DNA of 64,000 bases from a virus, in IMG/VR virus record IMGVR_UViG_3300045996_003734, positions 32,001 to 96,000 of that record, one strand, 5' to 3'. The notes below the pieces were generated by a model. That model did not search any database. It was not told the DNA's origin and saw nothing but the letters and a program-made list of their open reading frames with translations. How positions within the stretch are numbered: position 1 is the first letter of the stretch; each line of letters starts with the position of its first letter. Positions 38,448 to 45,967 of this stretch are shown piece after piece. The translations under genes and the position numbers were made by a program.

Positions 38448-39981
38448 GGCGACGGGCCTCCTCCGCGATCTCCGCGACCGCCCCGTCCACGTCTCCGGCC
38501 AGGACCTTCTCGAGTGCGCGCGCTACCGCGAGGCCGGGCCGAAGTGGTAGGCTCGGGTCAACATCGGCCAACCGCTCCAGGCGGTGGACCCGGAGCAGGT
38601 TGTCGCGACGAGCCCCAAAAGGATCGTCTAACGAATCGTCTAGACCGCCCGCCGAGGCGACCGAGGGCCGACTCTCGCCCTCCGAATCAGCGCCAGAAAC
38701 GGCATTTGGGGACCCTGCGCCGCCGGCGGGAGAATTCGAATCCCTCCCTCTCCGCAGCAGTTCCTCCGGTGAAACCGCAGATTCACCGGAGGCGTTAGAC
38801 GATTCATAGACGAATCGCTGCAGGCTCTCCGGCAGAGGCGCGAACGGATCGCCGATGCTGGCGCCCAGCGCCTGGTGTCCGCGGCGGATGTAGATCTGCG
38901 TGGTCTTGAAGTCGGAGTGCCCAGCTCGCTCGCGAATCATGTTGTCCGTGTCTCCCCGCATGGCCATGTAGGTGATGCCCGTTGCTCGCAGGTCGTGGAA
39001 GCGCAGCGCGCGCACACCCTTGCGGTTCTTCTTGTGGAGCGCCGGCCGGTCCACGCCGGCCGTAAGTAGGTCCTCACGGAGCACGTCGTACGGTCGCTCG
39101 ACGATCTCGAACACCGACTCTCGACTGCGCCGCCGGTACATGGCCTCGAGCATGGGCCTTAGGAGCGGCTCGATGCTGAAGTGACGGGAGCGGCCTGTCT
39201 TCGTGTACTCGTGAAAGACTTGGGCCTTCGAGTCGAAGGACCGGTTCACGCGGACCATGCCGTGCGCTACGTCCACCCCGAGGCGCCAGAGCAGCGCGAG
39301 CACCTCACCCGGCCGGCAGCAGCAGTAGACGGCCACGGCGTAGAGGGCGCGCCGCTCTCGCGGCACCTCCGGGCACGCTAGCAGCTTCTGGAGCTCGACC
39401 GGGAAGAGCCACTGCAGCTCCACCTCGCCCGGCGGGTCCGGCGGCACTACGCCCTCGGCAGGGTTTCGGGACAGCAGACGGAGCTCGCGCTTCTTGGAGT
39501 GCGCCAGGTCGCGGAACATCTTGGAGGCCACGGCCCAGCAGTTCTGGGCGGTCTTGGCGCTGAACGTGACCTCGCCGTCCTGGGCCTTCTCGTCCAACCA
39601 CTGCACGAGGTCCCGGAGGTCGTCCGTCGTCACCTCGTCCACGTGCTTCTTGCCGATGATGGGGCTGATGTGGAGCCGGTACCGGTAGAGGTCCGAGCGC
39701 AGGGACTTCTTGCTCGAGCGCGACGGGATCCAGAGACGCTCGAAGTATTCGTCGCACGTCGGGCGCGTGCTGATAGGCGTCTTATCCTGCGGGGGCGACC
39801 AGACCTTGCCCTTAGCCGCCAGGCTCAGCTTGCGGGCAACCTCGCGCGCGTCGTCGTCCGACAACGCCGGATCGATCGGGATGTACGGCCGGACCGTCTT
39901 CCCCTCCGCGTTCTTGGCTGTGATGCGCGCGTACAGCGTGGTCGCGTTGACGCGCCAGATTGTGCCCTTGGTCTTGGTCAT
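38440..39981 (-). CDS. int: Tyrosine integrase containing its own att site
   Basis: R (CRPGE), K (TKTG), HDLR, GH and Y (TTQIY) catalytic set. Confidence 0.95.
   Translation of the reverse strand: MTKTKGTIWRVNATTLYARITAKNAEGKTVRPYIPIDPALSDDDAREVARKLSLAAKGKVWSPPQDKTPISTRPTCDEYFERLWIPSRSSKKSLRSDLYRYRLHISPIIGKKHVDEVTTDDLRDLVQWLDEKAQDGEVTFSAKTAQNCWAVASKMFRDLAHSKKRELRLLSRNPAEGVVPPDPPGEVELQWLFPVELQKLLACPEVPRERRALYAVAVYCCCRPGEVLALLWRLGVDVAHGMVRVNRSFDSKAQVFHEYTKTGRSRHFSIEPLLRPMLEAMYRRRSRESVFEIVERPYDVLREDLLTAGVDRPALHKKNRKGVRALRFHDLRATGITYMAMRGDTDNMIRERAGHSDFKTTQIYIRRGHQALGASIGDPFAPLPESLQRFVYESSNASGESAVSPEELLRRGRDSNSPAGGAGSPNAVSGADSEGESRPSVASAGGLDDSLDDPFGARRDNLLRVHRLERLADVDPSLPLRPGLAVARALEKVLAGDVDGAVAEIAEEARRHG
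38623..38814 (+). other. attP-type site: tRNA-Ser 3'-end core (38735-38755) with flanking arm-type repeats
   Basis: TTCGAATCCCTCCCTCTCCGC; ATCGTCTA x2 (38623, 38635) inverted relative to TAGACGA x2 (38796, 38807). Confidence 0.82.
38763..38792 (+). terminator. 11-bp hairpin just downstream of the tRNA 3' core
   Basis: CCTCCGGTGAA-8-TTCACCGGAGG; no U-tract. Confidence 0.55.
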
Positions 39982-40307
39982 CAGACCGCCTCCCGGAAGC
40001 CGCGGCGAAGGAGCGCCGCCTCGATGGGGTCGATGGTCGGAGCGGGCGGTGGCGCGGAAGCGGGCGCGACCCGCAGCACTGGCTCGACGCGAGCCTGCTC
40101 GATGTAGCGGTGCATGGCCGCGCGCTCCACGAGCACCCGGCCCGCGCGCTTGAACCCCGGCAGCGTGCCCTGGCGGACCAGCCGGCAGTGGGTCTGCTTG
40201 GGCAGCGGCGACGTGTCCTGGTCGTAGTACCGGGGCCCGTCATTCTGCTCGAGTCGGTCGGCGACCGCGTCGGCGAGCTGGTGGAGGAGGGCGCGGAGGT
40301 CGCTCAC
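39981..40307 (-). CDS. xis: Excisionase-like HTH protein
   Basis: RLVRQGTLPGFKRAGRVLV wing motif; coupled to int. Confidence 0.75.
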   Translation of the reverse strand: MSDLRALLHQLADAVADRLEQNDGPRYYDQDTSPLPKQTHCRLVRQGTLPGFKRAGRVLVERAAMHRYIEQARVEPVLRVAPASAPPPAPTIDPIEAALLRRGFREAV

Positions 40308-40525
40308 CCTTCGACCTCCATGTACTCGAACCCGCACCCAAGGCAGGTCACGTCGGTGATGCCGTCCCTGTAGCAGCGGCTTATCTGCACGTGCTCGCAG
40401 GTGACGAACGGGCCGCGCAGCCGGAACGCCTTACGCTTCGGCTTGGCCGCCAGTCCGAGCTGCGCGTCCAGACGCCGCTCCACCTCGGCGTGGTCGACGT
40501 AGTCCAACGGCATCGGTTGCATCAC
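40304..40525 (-). CDS. Small hypothetical protein
   Basis: CxH..CxxC; GTGA overlaps. Confidence 0.5.
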   Translation of the reverse strand: MMQPMPLDYVDHAEVERRLDAQLGLAAKPKRKAFRLRGPFVTCEHVQISRCYRDGITDVTCLGCGFEYMEVEG

Positions 40526-40674
40526 GAGGTGCTCTCCTGCTCTGCGCGCTTGAGCCGCTCCTCGGCCTCGCGCTGGTAGTTGCTCATCGCCTGGTCGAGG
40601 TGGATGCGGCCGCTCTTGGTCCAGTAGGCCCAGAGCTCCCGGCACACCGCGACGCGCTGCTCGTCGGTCAGCAT
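40522..40674 (-). CDS. 50-aa hypothetical protein (not in ORF track)
   Basis: MLTDEQRVAVCRELWAYW...; coupled. Confidence 0.5.
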   Translation of the reverse strand: MLTDEQRVAVCRELWAYWTKSGRIHLDQAMSNYQREAEERLKRAEQESTS

Positions 40675-40791
40675 TGCGGGTCCCCCGTTAGGAGCCAGGC
40701 GAGCACGCGCTTCGGCAGCTCTACCCGCTCGCGCTTGTTCTCGGGCCCGTCCCCGACGGTGAGCACGATCGCTGCGGGCCAGCCCGAGCCG

Positions 40792-41037
40792 TCAGCGCGC
40801 CGCACCTCGCGGATGCTTCGGGTCGACGTGTGCCCGAACGGGTTCGCGTCGTCGCAGACCCAGCCGTCCAGCTCGAACGGCCCGGCGCTCGGAGCGGCAG
40901 CCGTTGCAGACACGGGAACGACAGCCGGGGTTGGCGAAGTGGTAGTCCGTGAGCGGCCACCACTCGTCGCAGCGGTTGCAGCAACGCTCAATGATGCCGT
41001 CTTCGGCGGGTCGATCGGGGACGCGCTCCCAGAGCAT
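40792..41037 (-). CDS. Small Zn-finger protein
   Basis: GGAGG RBS; CNRC...CNGC. Confidence 0.5.
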   Translation of the reverse strand: MLWERVPDRPAEDGIIERCCNRCDEWWPLTDYHFANPGCRSRVCNGCRSERRAVRAGRLGLRRREPVRAHVDPKHPRGAAR

Positions 41038-41050
41038 GATCGCCTCCGCA

Positions 41051-41770
41051 CTAGGCCGCCCTCCGCGCCACGCCCTCGGCTGCCCCACCCCGAGCGGCAT
41101 CGTCCCAAGCCTGAACGCAATGACGCCGGAGGGCGTCAGATTCAGTGCAGGGGCGCAGCGGGGCAGGCTGCGGCGCGCAGCGGAATGCCACAGCATCGGG
41201 CAAAAAAAAGGGCGCCGCGCGGTCGATTCGAACGACCTCATTCCCCGCTTCACCGGCCGGCATGGCGGGGACCCGGCTCAACAGACCGGTGACCTTCCCA
41301 CAGGTCGAGCGCGCGTCTTGTGGTGCTAAGTGCGAGGTGGCCAGTTCCAGCAGCCTGGCTTCGGCGTCTCGCTGAAGGGAACGTCCGTGTTGAAGAACTG
41401 TCCCGTCGGGTTCAGGATGCAAAGGCCCACGCTGTCGTTGGGCCCGAAATTCACCTGCGTCACCACCGCCGCTCTCGGCGCCGGCAGGTACTCGCCGCCC
41501 GGCGTTCCGTAGCTCTGGTAGTGCACGATCCGTCCCACGCTCGGTTTCTGGTCCATTGGTTTCTCCGTTCAGCTCGAGCACGCACAGCGCCTCGAGAGCA
41601 GTCATGCGGGCGCGGCCGAGCTCGAGGTCACGCAGCGTCCGGACGCCGATGCCGAGCTCGTGGGCGGCGCGCTCCTGCGACCAGCCGCGGGCAACGCGGG
41701 CTCGACGGAGGCGACCGGCAGCCGCCCGCCTCGCCCCACCCCGCAGGGTGAACAGCTTTCCCTCAGACAT
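41051..41770 (-). CDS. XRE-family HTH regulator (domain ends near 41560; the frame stays open beyond)
   Basis: LRRARVARGWSQERAAHELGIGVRTLRDLELG. Confidence 0.65.
   Translation of the reverse strand: MSEGKLFTLRGGARRAAAGRLRRARVARGWSQERAAHELGIGVRTLRDLELGRARMTALEALCVLELNGETNGPETERGTDRALPELRNAGRRVPAGAESGGGDAGEFRAQRQRGPLHPEPDGTVLQHGRSLQRDAEARLLELATSHLAPQDARSTCGKVTGLLSRVPAMPAGEAGNEVVRIDRAAPFFLPDAVAFRCAPQPAPLRPCTESDALRRHCVQAWDDAARGGAAEGVARRAA
41210..41315 (-). ncRNA. tRNA-like cloverleaf, anticodon GUU, 35-nt variable region
   Basis: D stem GACC/GGUC, anticodon loop CUGUUGA, T arm GGUCG-UUCGAAU-CGACC, G73-CC, followed by T8. Confidence 0.7.
41326..41556 (-). CDS. Small conserved phage protein
   Basis: PSVGRIVHY...PRAAVVT...WNWPPR pattern; GGAG RBS. 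Confidence 0.8.
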   Translation of the reverse strand: MDQKPSVGRIVHYQSYGTPGGEYLPAPRAAVVTQVNFGPNDSVGLCILNPTGQFFNTDVPFSETPKPGCWNWPPRT

Positions 41771-42080
41771 GGTCACCTTGAAGCAAGCGCTCGCGGACGT
41801 GCTCGACCGCTGCCGCGAAGCGCTCGTCCTGGAGCCGAGCCCGAGCGGCGCGCAGCAGGGCGGTAGCCGCCCCGCCCGTCCGACCGAGGGCCACGGCCAC
41901 CTCGGCATCGCTCATGACGGTGTGGTCGTGGAGCAGCAGAGCGGCGACGTGGCGAGCGAAGCCGAGGCTCCGGGCGATGCGAGGGCCGCGGAGGTCGACG
42001 ACGGCGATCCCGAAGTGCTCAGCAGCCCGCTCGATGATGAGCGGAGCCGGGAGCAGACGGAGGGCTGGTGCGGCTCCCAT
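41763..42080 (-). CDS. DnaA C-terminal-like HTH protein
   Basis: AAEHFGI..DLRGPR...ARHVAALL...S..EVA.ALGR. Confidence 0.7.
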   Translation of the reverse strand: MGAAPALRLLPAPLIIERAAEHFGIAVVDLRGPRIARSLGFARHVAALLLHDHTVMSDAEVAVALGRTGGAATALLRAARARLQDERFAAAVEHVRERLLQGDHV

Positions 42081-42260
42081 TCAGCCCTCCCCGCGGTTGG
42101 AGAAGCCCTTGAAGACGGCCGGCTTCACCTCGACCAGCTCCCGGAGCGGCTGCTCGAGCACGCGAGCGCCTTGGGCCTTGGCCACCTGGGCCTCACGGGC
42201 GAACACCAGCGCGAAGCGGTGCTCTCCGGCTACCTCGGTTTCGGCGAGCCAGGACTGCAT
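42081..42260 (-). CDS. 59-aa hypothetical protein (not in ORF track)
   Basis: MQSWLAETEV...; abuts both neighbours. Confidence 0.45.
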   Translation of the reverse strand: MQSWLAETEVAGEHRFALVFAREAQVAKAQGARVLEQPLRELVEVKPAVFKGFSNRGEG

Positions 42261-42533
42261 TTAGGCCGCCTCTTTGCGGTCGCAGACCCGGAGGTAGCGG
42301 ATGAACTCCCGCCGCAAGCGCCCGCTCCGGAGGACGGCTCGGAGGTTCAGCGGGGCGGTGCCGGCCACCCAGGCCTGCATCGTTCGGAGGCTGACGCGGC
42401 ACCAGCGCGCGGCATCGGACTGCGACGCGCCCGCCTTGGCGATGGCGTAGCGCAGCGCATGCGCAGAATGCTGCGTAACCTGTTGCTCCGACCAGGTTAC
42501 CCCGATGTGCGGGATGACCGTACGCTTGGCCAT
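42261..42533 (-). CDS. HTH regulator (CII position)
   Basis: ASQSDAARWCRVSLRTMQAW. Confidence 0.7.
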   Translation of the reverse strand: MAKRTVIPHIGVTWSEQQVTQHSAHALRYAIAKAGASQSDAARWCRVSLRTMQAWVAGTAPLNLRAVLRSGRLRREFIRYLRVCDRKEAA

Positions 42534-42534
42534 G

Positions 42535-42774
42535 TTAGGCAGCCCCCTTGTCCGGCTCCCGCTCGGAAGCAGCCGGCTCACTCCACCACGCCGGATCGAT
42601 TGGAACCTCCGGATCGTCCTTCAGCTTTTGACTGTTCTCGGTCGTCGGCGCCGTGCCGCCGCGCGCGAGCCTCGACAGTCTCGGTTGAGAGATACCAGTG
42701 CGGCTCGCGAGCCGTTTCTGGACCCCTCGGGTTTGGAAGGCTTTTGCCAACGTTTGAGAGGCCCGCGAATGCAT
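42535..42774 (-). CDS. Cro-like HTH protein
   Basis: QKRLASRTGISQPRLSRLARG; divergent from the repressor. Confidence 0.8.
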   Translation of the reverse strand: MHSRASQTLAKAFQTRGVQKRLASRTGISQPRLSRLARGGTAPTTENSQKLKDDPEVPIDPAWWSEPAASEREPDKGAA

Positions 42775-42787
42775 CAGCGTCGCAAGT

Positions 42788-42817
42788 ATGCACTCGCGGA
42801 TATATCCGTCAACGCAA
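42788..42817. promoter_or_regulatory. Tandem operators (cro/cI side)
   Basis: ATGCA-CTCG-CGGAT and ATCCG-TCAA-CGCAA, 16-bp period. Confidence 0.65.
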
Positions 42818-43486
42818 AAACGGACTACTTGCGTGGAGGCCCCGGAATTTGGAGCATTCGGCGTGCCCGCTCACCCAGGCCCGTTGAAGGCCAAGCCACC
42901 GAAGACACGACCCGCGGGGTGGACCGATGGTCAGTGGCAGTTTCCCAAGCGTCTCGAGGCGCTTGGCGTCGAGTGTGGCTGGGACCCGGCGGAGGTGCAG
43001 CGAATCGCCCAGGTCTCGCAGGCCACCGTCTCGCGTTGGCTGGCATACAAGTCGAAGCAGCCAGATCCGCTTGCGGTGAAGCGATTGGAGATAGCTGCAA
43101 AACGGCCGCCAGGCTGGCTCTTGCGCGAGCCCGACGAGGGAACAACAGCTGCAGCGTCGGGCGTTTCCACGCAACTCGCGCTGCGGCTTGTCCGAGCAGG
43201 CCTGAGCAACGACTTGCTAACTCTCTCGGATGAGGAGCTAGGGGCAGTGGAACGGTTTCGACCTGAGTTGAGAAAGGCGATCTTGGGGATCGTCCACGTG
43301 TACGACGTGCCGCTTGAGCGCGCCGCCGCTTTGGCGGACATCGCCGTGGGCGCTGAGCCATCGATGGTGGGGCATCCGTCGGGAGACGCGCCTTTCTGGT
43401 TTGAGCGAATGGCTAGACGGGTGCCGCCGAGAAAGGAAAGCGGCAGCTTTCCGTCGTCGGGCTCGATAAAAATTCCGAAGCGATAA
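42788..43486 (+). CDS. CI-like XRE repressor (true start probably downstream of the operators)
   Basis: AEVQRIAQVSQATVSRWL HTH; divergent from cro. Confidence 0.78.
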   Translation: MHSRIYPSTQKRTTCVEAPEFGAFGVPAHPGPLKAKPPKTRPAGWTDGQWQFPKRLEALGVECGWDPAEVQRIAQVSQATVSRWLAYKSKQPDPLAVKRLEIAAKRPPGWLLREPDEGTTAAASGVSTQLALRLVRAGLSNDLLTLSDEELGAVERFRPELRKAILGIVHVYDVPLERAAALADIAVGAEPSMVGHPSGDAPFWFERMARRVPPRKESGSFPSSGSIKIPKR

Positions 43487-43536
43487 CTTAGCAACTACGA
43501 GCGGTTATCCGAGGTCGCGCCGCTGCGCACAGTTCT

Positions 43537-43566
43537 ATGCGCTTGCGCATTCATCCGCGAACGCAT
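43537..43566. promoter_or_regulatory. Tandem operators (early rightward operon)
   Basis: ATGCG-CTTG-CGCAT and ATCCG-CGAA-CGCAT, 16-bp period. Confidence 0.7.
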
Positions 43567-43577
43567 ATATCCAAGCC

Positions 43578-43871
43578 ATGCACAGCGCGCTCGACCCCGC
43601 CGCCCTCAGGAAGCTCGCCACGGTCTACGCCGACCGGAAGAGCACCGCTCACCGCCCGATCCACGCTGCCGTGACAGCGGTGCTCCGGGGCGCCTGCCAG
43701 AGCCCGGTGGTCGAGCTCGGCGTGGAGAACCTGCTCGCCCACTACGACGGCAAGGCCGACCTCTGCGACGTCGAGCGCGCTGAGCGGTACCTGGTCGAGT
43801 GCTGGGCTGAATGCGCCCCGCCTGCCCCCGCCGCCGCGCTGCCCTCGGTGGCGTGCGGCTCGCTTAACTGA
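43578..43871 (+). CDS. First gene of the early operon, hypothetical
   Basis: Starts 12 bp after the operators. Confidence 0.6.
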   Translation: MHSALDPAALRKLATVYADRKSTAHRPIHAAVTAVLRGACQSPVVELGVENLLAHYDGKADLCDVERAERYLVECWAECAPPAPAAALPSVACGSLN

Positions 43872-43890
43872 GCTCTCCGGCCTTCGAGGC

Positions 43891-43959
43891 CTCGAGTGGG
43901 TGTCGCTCCGGGGAGTCAACCCTCCCCCCGACCTGACCTCGGAGCGACACCCACTCGAG
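43891..43959. repeat. Perfect 20-bp inverted repeat
   Basis: CTCGAGTGGGTGTCGCTCCG-29-CGGAGCGACACCCACTCGAG. Confidence 0.9.
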
Positions 43960-43998
43960 TCCGCGCAAGCGACTCGACCAACCAGGAGCTGCAATCCC

Positions 43999-44226
43999 GT
44001 GACCATCAACCTGCACAACTGCCGAATCCTCCTCGCGCTCACGCCCGAGCAGTTCGAGAGGCTCATCGAGGCCACTCGTGACGGCGCCGCCATCGTAACC
44101 ACGGCGGAGCCCGTACCGCCGAACGACCCGCCGTCGAGCACCTTCCCCGCTGCTCCGGCCGCAACCGCCGAGAGCTCGGAGCCCGCCCTCCGCAACGTCG
44201 TCCCCCTCCGTCGGGTGGCAGCGTGA
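43999..44226 (+). CDS. Hypothetical protein
   Basis: AGGAG RBS; coupled downstream. Confidence 0.55.
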   Translation: MTINLHNCRILLALTPEQFERLIEATRDGAAIVTTAEPVPPNDPPSSTFPAAPAATAESSEPALRNVVPLRRVAA

Positions 44227-44501
44227 GCACCCGCTACTCGCAGGTGCACGCGCGCTCGGTAGCCGTAAAGCCCGAGCCCGCTGCCTCTCCAAAGGAGGCG
44301 ATCATCAAGCTTCTCGACACGGAGACGCTGGTCACCGAGGCCATCGAGAACCTCGTCCGAGGACCCGAAAGCCTCGAGTGCCGCGACGGCGCCGACGCGC
44401 TGCTTGGTGACGCCATGCGCCGCATTGCGCAGGCCCGCGCCATCCTCCACGAGCTGCGCCGCGCCGCGTGCGGGCAGCCCACGATCGCGAGTGTCGGCTG
44501 A
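44223..44501 (+). CDS. Hypothetical protein
   Basis: GTGA/TGATG coupling. Confidence 0.55.
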   Translation: MSTRYSQVHARSVAVKPEPAASPKEAIIKLLDTETLVTEAIENLVRGPESLECRDGADALLGDAMRRIAQARAILHELRRAACGQPTIASVG

Positions 44502-44812
44502 TGGCCGGCCGGTGCAACTGCTGCGCGCGCCCCGTGGCCATCACGGAGGCGAGTCGCTTCCGAACGGTCGTGTACCGGGACCCGCGCTCGGATGCGCCGT
44601 ACCTGTATCTCGCGATGTTCGAGTGCCTTTGCCAGAACACGCTCGCGGTCGTGCTGTGGGAGGACGAGGCGACTGCTCTCGAGTCGCACGAGGCAGACGT
44701 GGCCGAAGCCGCCCGCGCCGCCGCCTACGAACGCGACGAGGCGCCGTACGACCGCGCCGTTTCTCGCGGCTTCTTTTCGCTCACTCACGAGCTCGCCAGT
44801 CGCGGGCTGTAG
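44501..44812 (+). CDS. Hypothetical Zn-binding protein
   Basis: CNCC...CLC; coupled. Confidence 0.55.
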   Translation: MAGRCNCCARPVAITEASRFRTVVYRDPRSDAPYLYLAMFECLCQNTLAVVLWEDEATALESHEADVAEAARAAAYERDEAPYDRAVSRGFFSLTHELASRGL

Positions 44813-44842
44813 GGCGCGCTGCGCCCAGAAGGTTGGGGACTC

Positions 44843-45967
44843 ATGCAATCGACTCTTTTGATTCCTGTGGGGCGCGCCAAGGGCGAGCCGATCGCTTCGT
44901 GCTCGCTCGAGAACCTGGACTGGACCATCAACTTCATCGCGAAGAAGCTGCGGGAAGAGCCGACCGGCAGGTTTGCAGCCGACAACCGGCGCTGGCTCGA
45001 CGAGGCGCAGCGCGTCTTCGGCGAGCGCAGCGAGGGCGTGGTGGTCGAGGGCCCGACGGCTGGTGCCGCGCCGGCCGCCATAACGCAGCCGCGCCCGCAC
45101 GCCCCCCTCGCTACGCAGCTGGTAAATGTGCCCGTCGGGGCCATTCGCGAGGCCGCGGCCGCCACCACGGCACTGGTCAAGGCGCGCGAGCTTGGGCACC
45201 TCATCTCCCCCGCCCCGGCCGTGGGCAACCTCCCGGAAGGCTGCGCGATCAACGTCTCCGCCGTCGTCGTCGACATCGACCGCGAGACGTACGCGATGAG
45301 CGGCACGAGCGAGCGCGGGCTCAGCAAGGTGGCCCTCGACAAGATCGCCAGCGCGCTCGGCGTCGACTGGGACCCGCAACTCTCGCAGCGGCTCGATGAC
45401 GGCTCGCACCCGCACTACTGCCACTTCCAGGCCGTCGGCCGCGTGCGCAACTTCGACGGCACGTGGCGCACCATCCAGGCTCACAAGGAGCTCGACCTCC
45501 GCGACGGCTCCGCGCTTATCGAAGACATCCTGGCGCGGGAGGCGAAGAAGCAGCAGGAGCAGGGCAACAGCTACAAGGGCGACGGCGGCAAGAAGGAGAT
45601 CGCGGGCAAGCGTCTGCACATCCTGTCGCTGTGCGAGACCGAGGCTCGGCTCCGCGCGGTGCGCTCGATGGGCCTCCGCACCGGCTACACCCGGGAGGAG
45701 CTCGCCAAGCCGTTCGTGATCGCGCAGATCTCCTTTGACGGCTACAGCGAGGACCCGGAAGCGCGGGCGCAATTCCGCGAGGGCATCATGGCCAATTTCC
45801 TCGGCGGATCGCGGGCCCTCTACGGCAAGCCTCCCGTGAAGGAGCTGCAGCAGCACGCCCCGCCGCCCCCGCTTAGCGCGTACGGCGACGCGGGCGACGA
45901 AGACGACGGGCCGCCCAACTACGGCTTCAGCGAGCCCCGGCGCACAGGAACGGGAGGGCCGTACTGA
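44843..45967 (+). CDS. Putative single-strand annealing/recombination protein
   Basis: LSKVALDKIA...CETEARLRAVRS.GL..YT.EEL.KPF; precedes SbcD/C; acidic tail. Confidence 0.55.
   Translation: MQSTLLIPVGRAKGEPIASCSLENLDWTINFIAKKLREEPTGRFAADNRRWLDEAQRVFGERSEGVVVEGPTAGAAPAAITQPRPHAPLATQLVNVPVGAIREAAAATTALVKARELGHLISPAPAVGNLPEGCAINVSAVVVDIDRETYAMSGTSERGLSKVALDKIASALGVDWDPQLSQRLDDGSHPHYCHFQAVGRVRNFDGTWRTIQAHKELDLRDGSALIEDILAREAKKQQEQGNSYKGDGGKKEIAGKRLHILSLCETEARLRAVRSMGLRTGYTREELAKPFVIAQISFDGYSEDPEARAQFREGIMANFLGGSRALYGKPPVKELQQHAPPPPLSAYGDAGDEDDGPPNYGFSEPRRTGTGGPY

Noticed and set aside
38700-38760. Intact tRNA-Ser gene
   Set aside because: Only the T-loop and 3' strand are present; upstream bases cannot form the T or acceptor stems
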